Positions 62,802-64,000 of a stretch of 64,000 nt of DNA are shown here, piece after piece. Source of the stretch: a virus. Within the stretch, counting starts at the first letter, position 1. Each line of letters begins with the position of its first letter. The translations under genes were made by a program, and so were the position numbers. The stretch is taken from positions 3,079 through 67,078 of the IMG/VR virus record IMGVR_UViG_3300042922_000313; one strand, 5' to 3'. Below the pieces are notes generated by a model. That model searched no databases. It was not told where the DNA came from and saw only the letters and a list, made by a program, of their open reading frames with translations.

Positions 62802-64000
62802 GAAGTTTTTTACACCAACATTATTATGCGATTTTTACAAGATTAGCCACAGAGAACAGTATCCAGAAGGAACGGAAACGATTTTCAGTACATGGACTCC
62901 CAGAACTAGTAGAAGAGACGAAATCAAAGAAGTTGTAGCTTTTGGATTCCAAGCGTTTATTAAGGAATATCTCATTGATTACTTTAATGATAACTTCTTT
63001 AGTAAGTCAAAAGAAGATGTTATAAATGAATACACTAGAGTAATTAAATATACTTTATGTAAAGAAAACGTAGATACTAAACACATTGAAGAATTACATA
63101 ATCTAGGTTATTTGCCTATTAGAATTAAAGCCGTAGACGAGGGTACATTAGTTCCAATCAGAGTTCCAATGTTAACAATCGAAAATACTAATCCCAAGTT
63201 CTTTTGGATTACTAATTTTCTTGAAACATTAATGTCTTGTCAGTTATGGCAGCCTACAACAAGTGCTACAATTGCATACCAGTATAGAAAGATTCTTGAT
63301 AAATATGCAAGTGAGACAAATGGCGATTTATCAGGAGTACAGTTCCAAGGACACGATTTCTCGATGAGAGGAATGGGAAGTTTAGAAAGTGCTATGCTTA
63401 GTGGTGCTGGACACTTGTTATCATTTACTGGAACAGATTCAATTCCAGCTATTCATTATCTTGAGCAATACTATAATGCAAACATTGAAAACGAATTAGT
63501 TGGTTGTAGTATTCCAGCAACAGAACATTCGGTAATGTGTACATATGGTAGAGAGAATGAAATTGAAGCTTACAAAAGATTGATTACTGAAGTATATCCT
63601 ACTGGATTCGCAAGCATTGTATCTGATACATGGAATCTATGGGAAGTACTAGATACGATTATTAAACCACTGAAGAACGAAATTATGAGTAGAGATGGTA
63701 GAATTGTAGTTAGACCTGATAGTGGTGATCCAGTACTAATCGTTTGCGGTGATCCTGATGGAGAGACAGAAGATGAACGAAAAGGTGTAGTTGAGATTCT
63801 CTGGGATATCTTTGGCGGCACTATTACTGAAAAAGGATATAAGCAGCTTGATACACACATTGGAAGTATTTATGGAGATGCTATCACAACTGAACGATGT
63901 GAAGAAATTTGTAAGAGATTAAAAGCCAAAGGATTTGCTTCAACTAATATGGTTTACGGAATTGGTTCTTATACATATCAATATAATACGAGAGACACGT
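62794..64000 (+). CDS. nadV: NAMPT-like protein (NARP1 Namat candidate), runs off window
   Basis: Not in ORF track; MSKKFFTPTLLCDFYKISHREQYP, HDFSMRG, GTD, PATEHSVM, SIVSDT, VRPDSGDP, IYGDAIT, GIGS. Confidence 0.85.
   Translation, partial: MSKKFFTPTLLCDFYKISHREQYPEGTETIFSTWTPRTSRRDEIKEVVAFGFQAFIKEYLIDYFNDNFFSKSKEDVINEYTRVIKYTLCKENVDTKHIEELHNLGYLPIRIKAVDEGTLVPIRVPMLTIENTNPKFFWITNFLETLMSCQLWQPTTSATIAYQYRKILDKYASETNGDLSGVQFQGHDFSMRGMGSLESAMLSGAGHLLSFTGTDSIPAIHYLEQYYNANIENELVGCSIPATEHSVMCTYGRENEIEAYKRLITEVYPTGFASIVSDTWNLWEVLDTIIKPLKNEIMSRDGRIVVRPDSGDPVLIVCGDPDGETEDERKGVVEILWDIFGGTITEKGYKQLDTHIGSIYGDAITTERCEEICKRLKAKGFASTNMVYGIGSYTYQYNTRDT

Noticed and set aside
812-63860. Many antisense or overlapping ORFs in the track (e.g. 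812-1021, 5042-5236, 7632-7919, 17614-18000, 55705-56127, 63570-63860)
   Set aside because: Shadow frames of well-supported genes on the other strand or in another frame

Overview
AT-rich 64 kb segment of a large temperate SPbeta-like siphophage or prophage from a low-GC Firmicute, probably Clostridia (host inferred from sigma-A promoters, SD usage, a LexA box and an AbrB/SpoVT-like gene). Left arm (minus strand, 1-26 kb): head-completion genes, major capsid, decoration, protease/scaffold, portal, terminase, an HNH/NUMOD3 endonuclease, a phosphoesterase, a beta-CASP RNase, two tRNA-Ser, a YonO-type single-subunit RNA polymerase, a wHTH protein and a ParM-ParR-FtsK-Replic_Relax module. A 2.5 kb non-coding region (26.7-29.2 kb) carries degenerate repeats and a sharp G/C skew switch. 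Right arm (plus strand, 29-64 kb): dozens of small early/accessory genes, an intact tyrosine recombinase, a MazF-YopQ(SroF)-MrpR-like lysogeny block and a NARP1-like NAD+ rebuilding operon. The most striking unexplained signal is an 18-bp palindromic site (ATCAA/ATAAA/ATAGA-N8-TTGAT/TTTAT/TCTAT) seen by eye at more than 40 gene junctions between 30.1 and 61.6 kb, almost always on or just after a stop codon. This gives the accessory arm an integron-like gene-cassette architecture around the recombinase. Also seen: a permuted twister ribozyme, several structured RNA leaders, a 15-bp operator before five promoters, tandem NrdR boxes and four late-region genes that appear to start at ATT/ATA. All family assignments come from recognising motifs and synteny; no searches were run.
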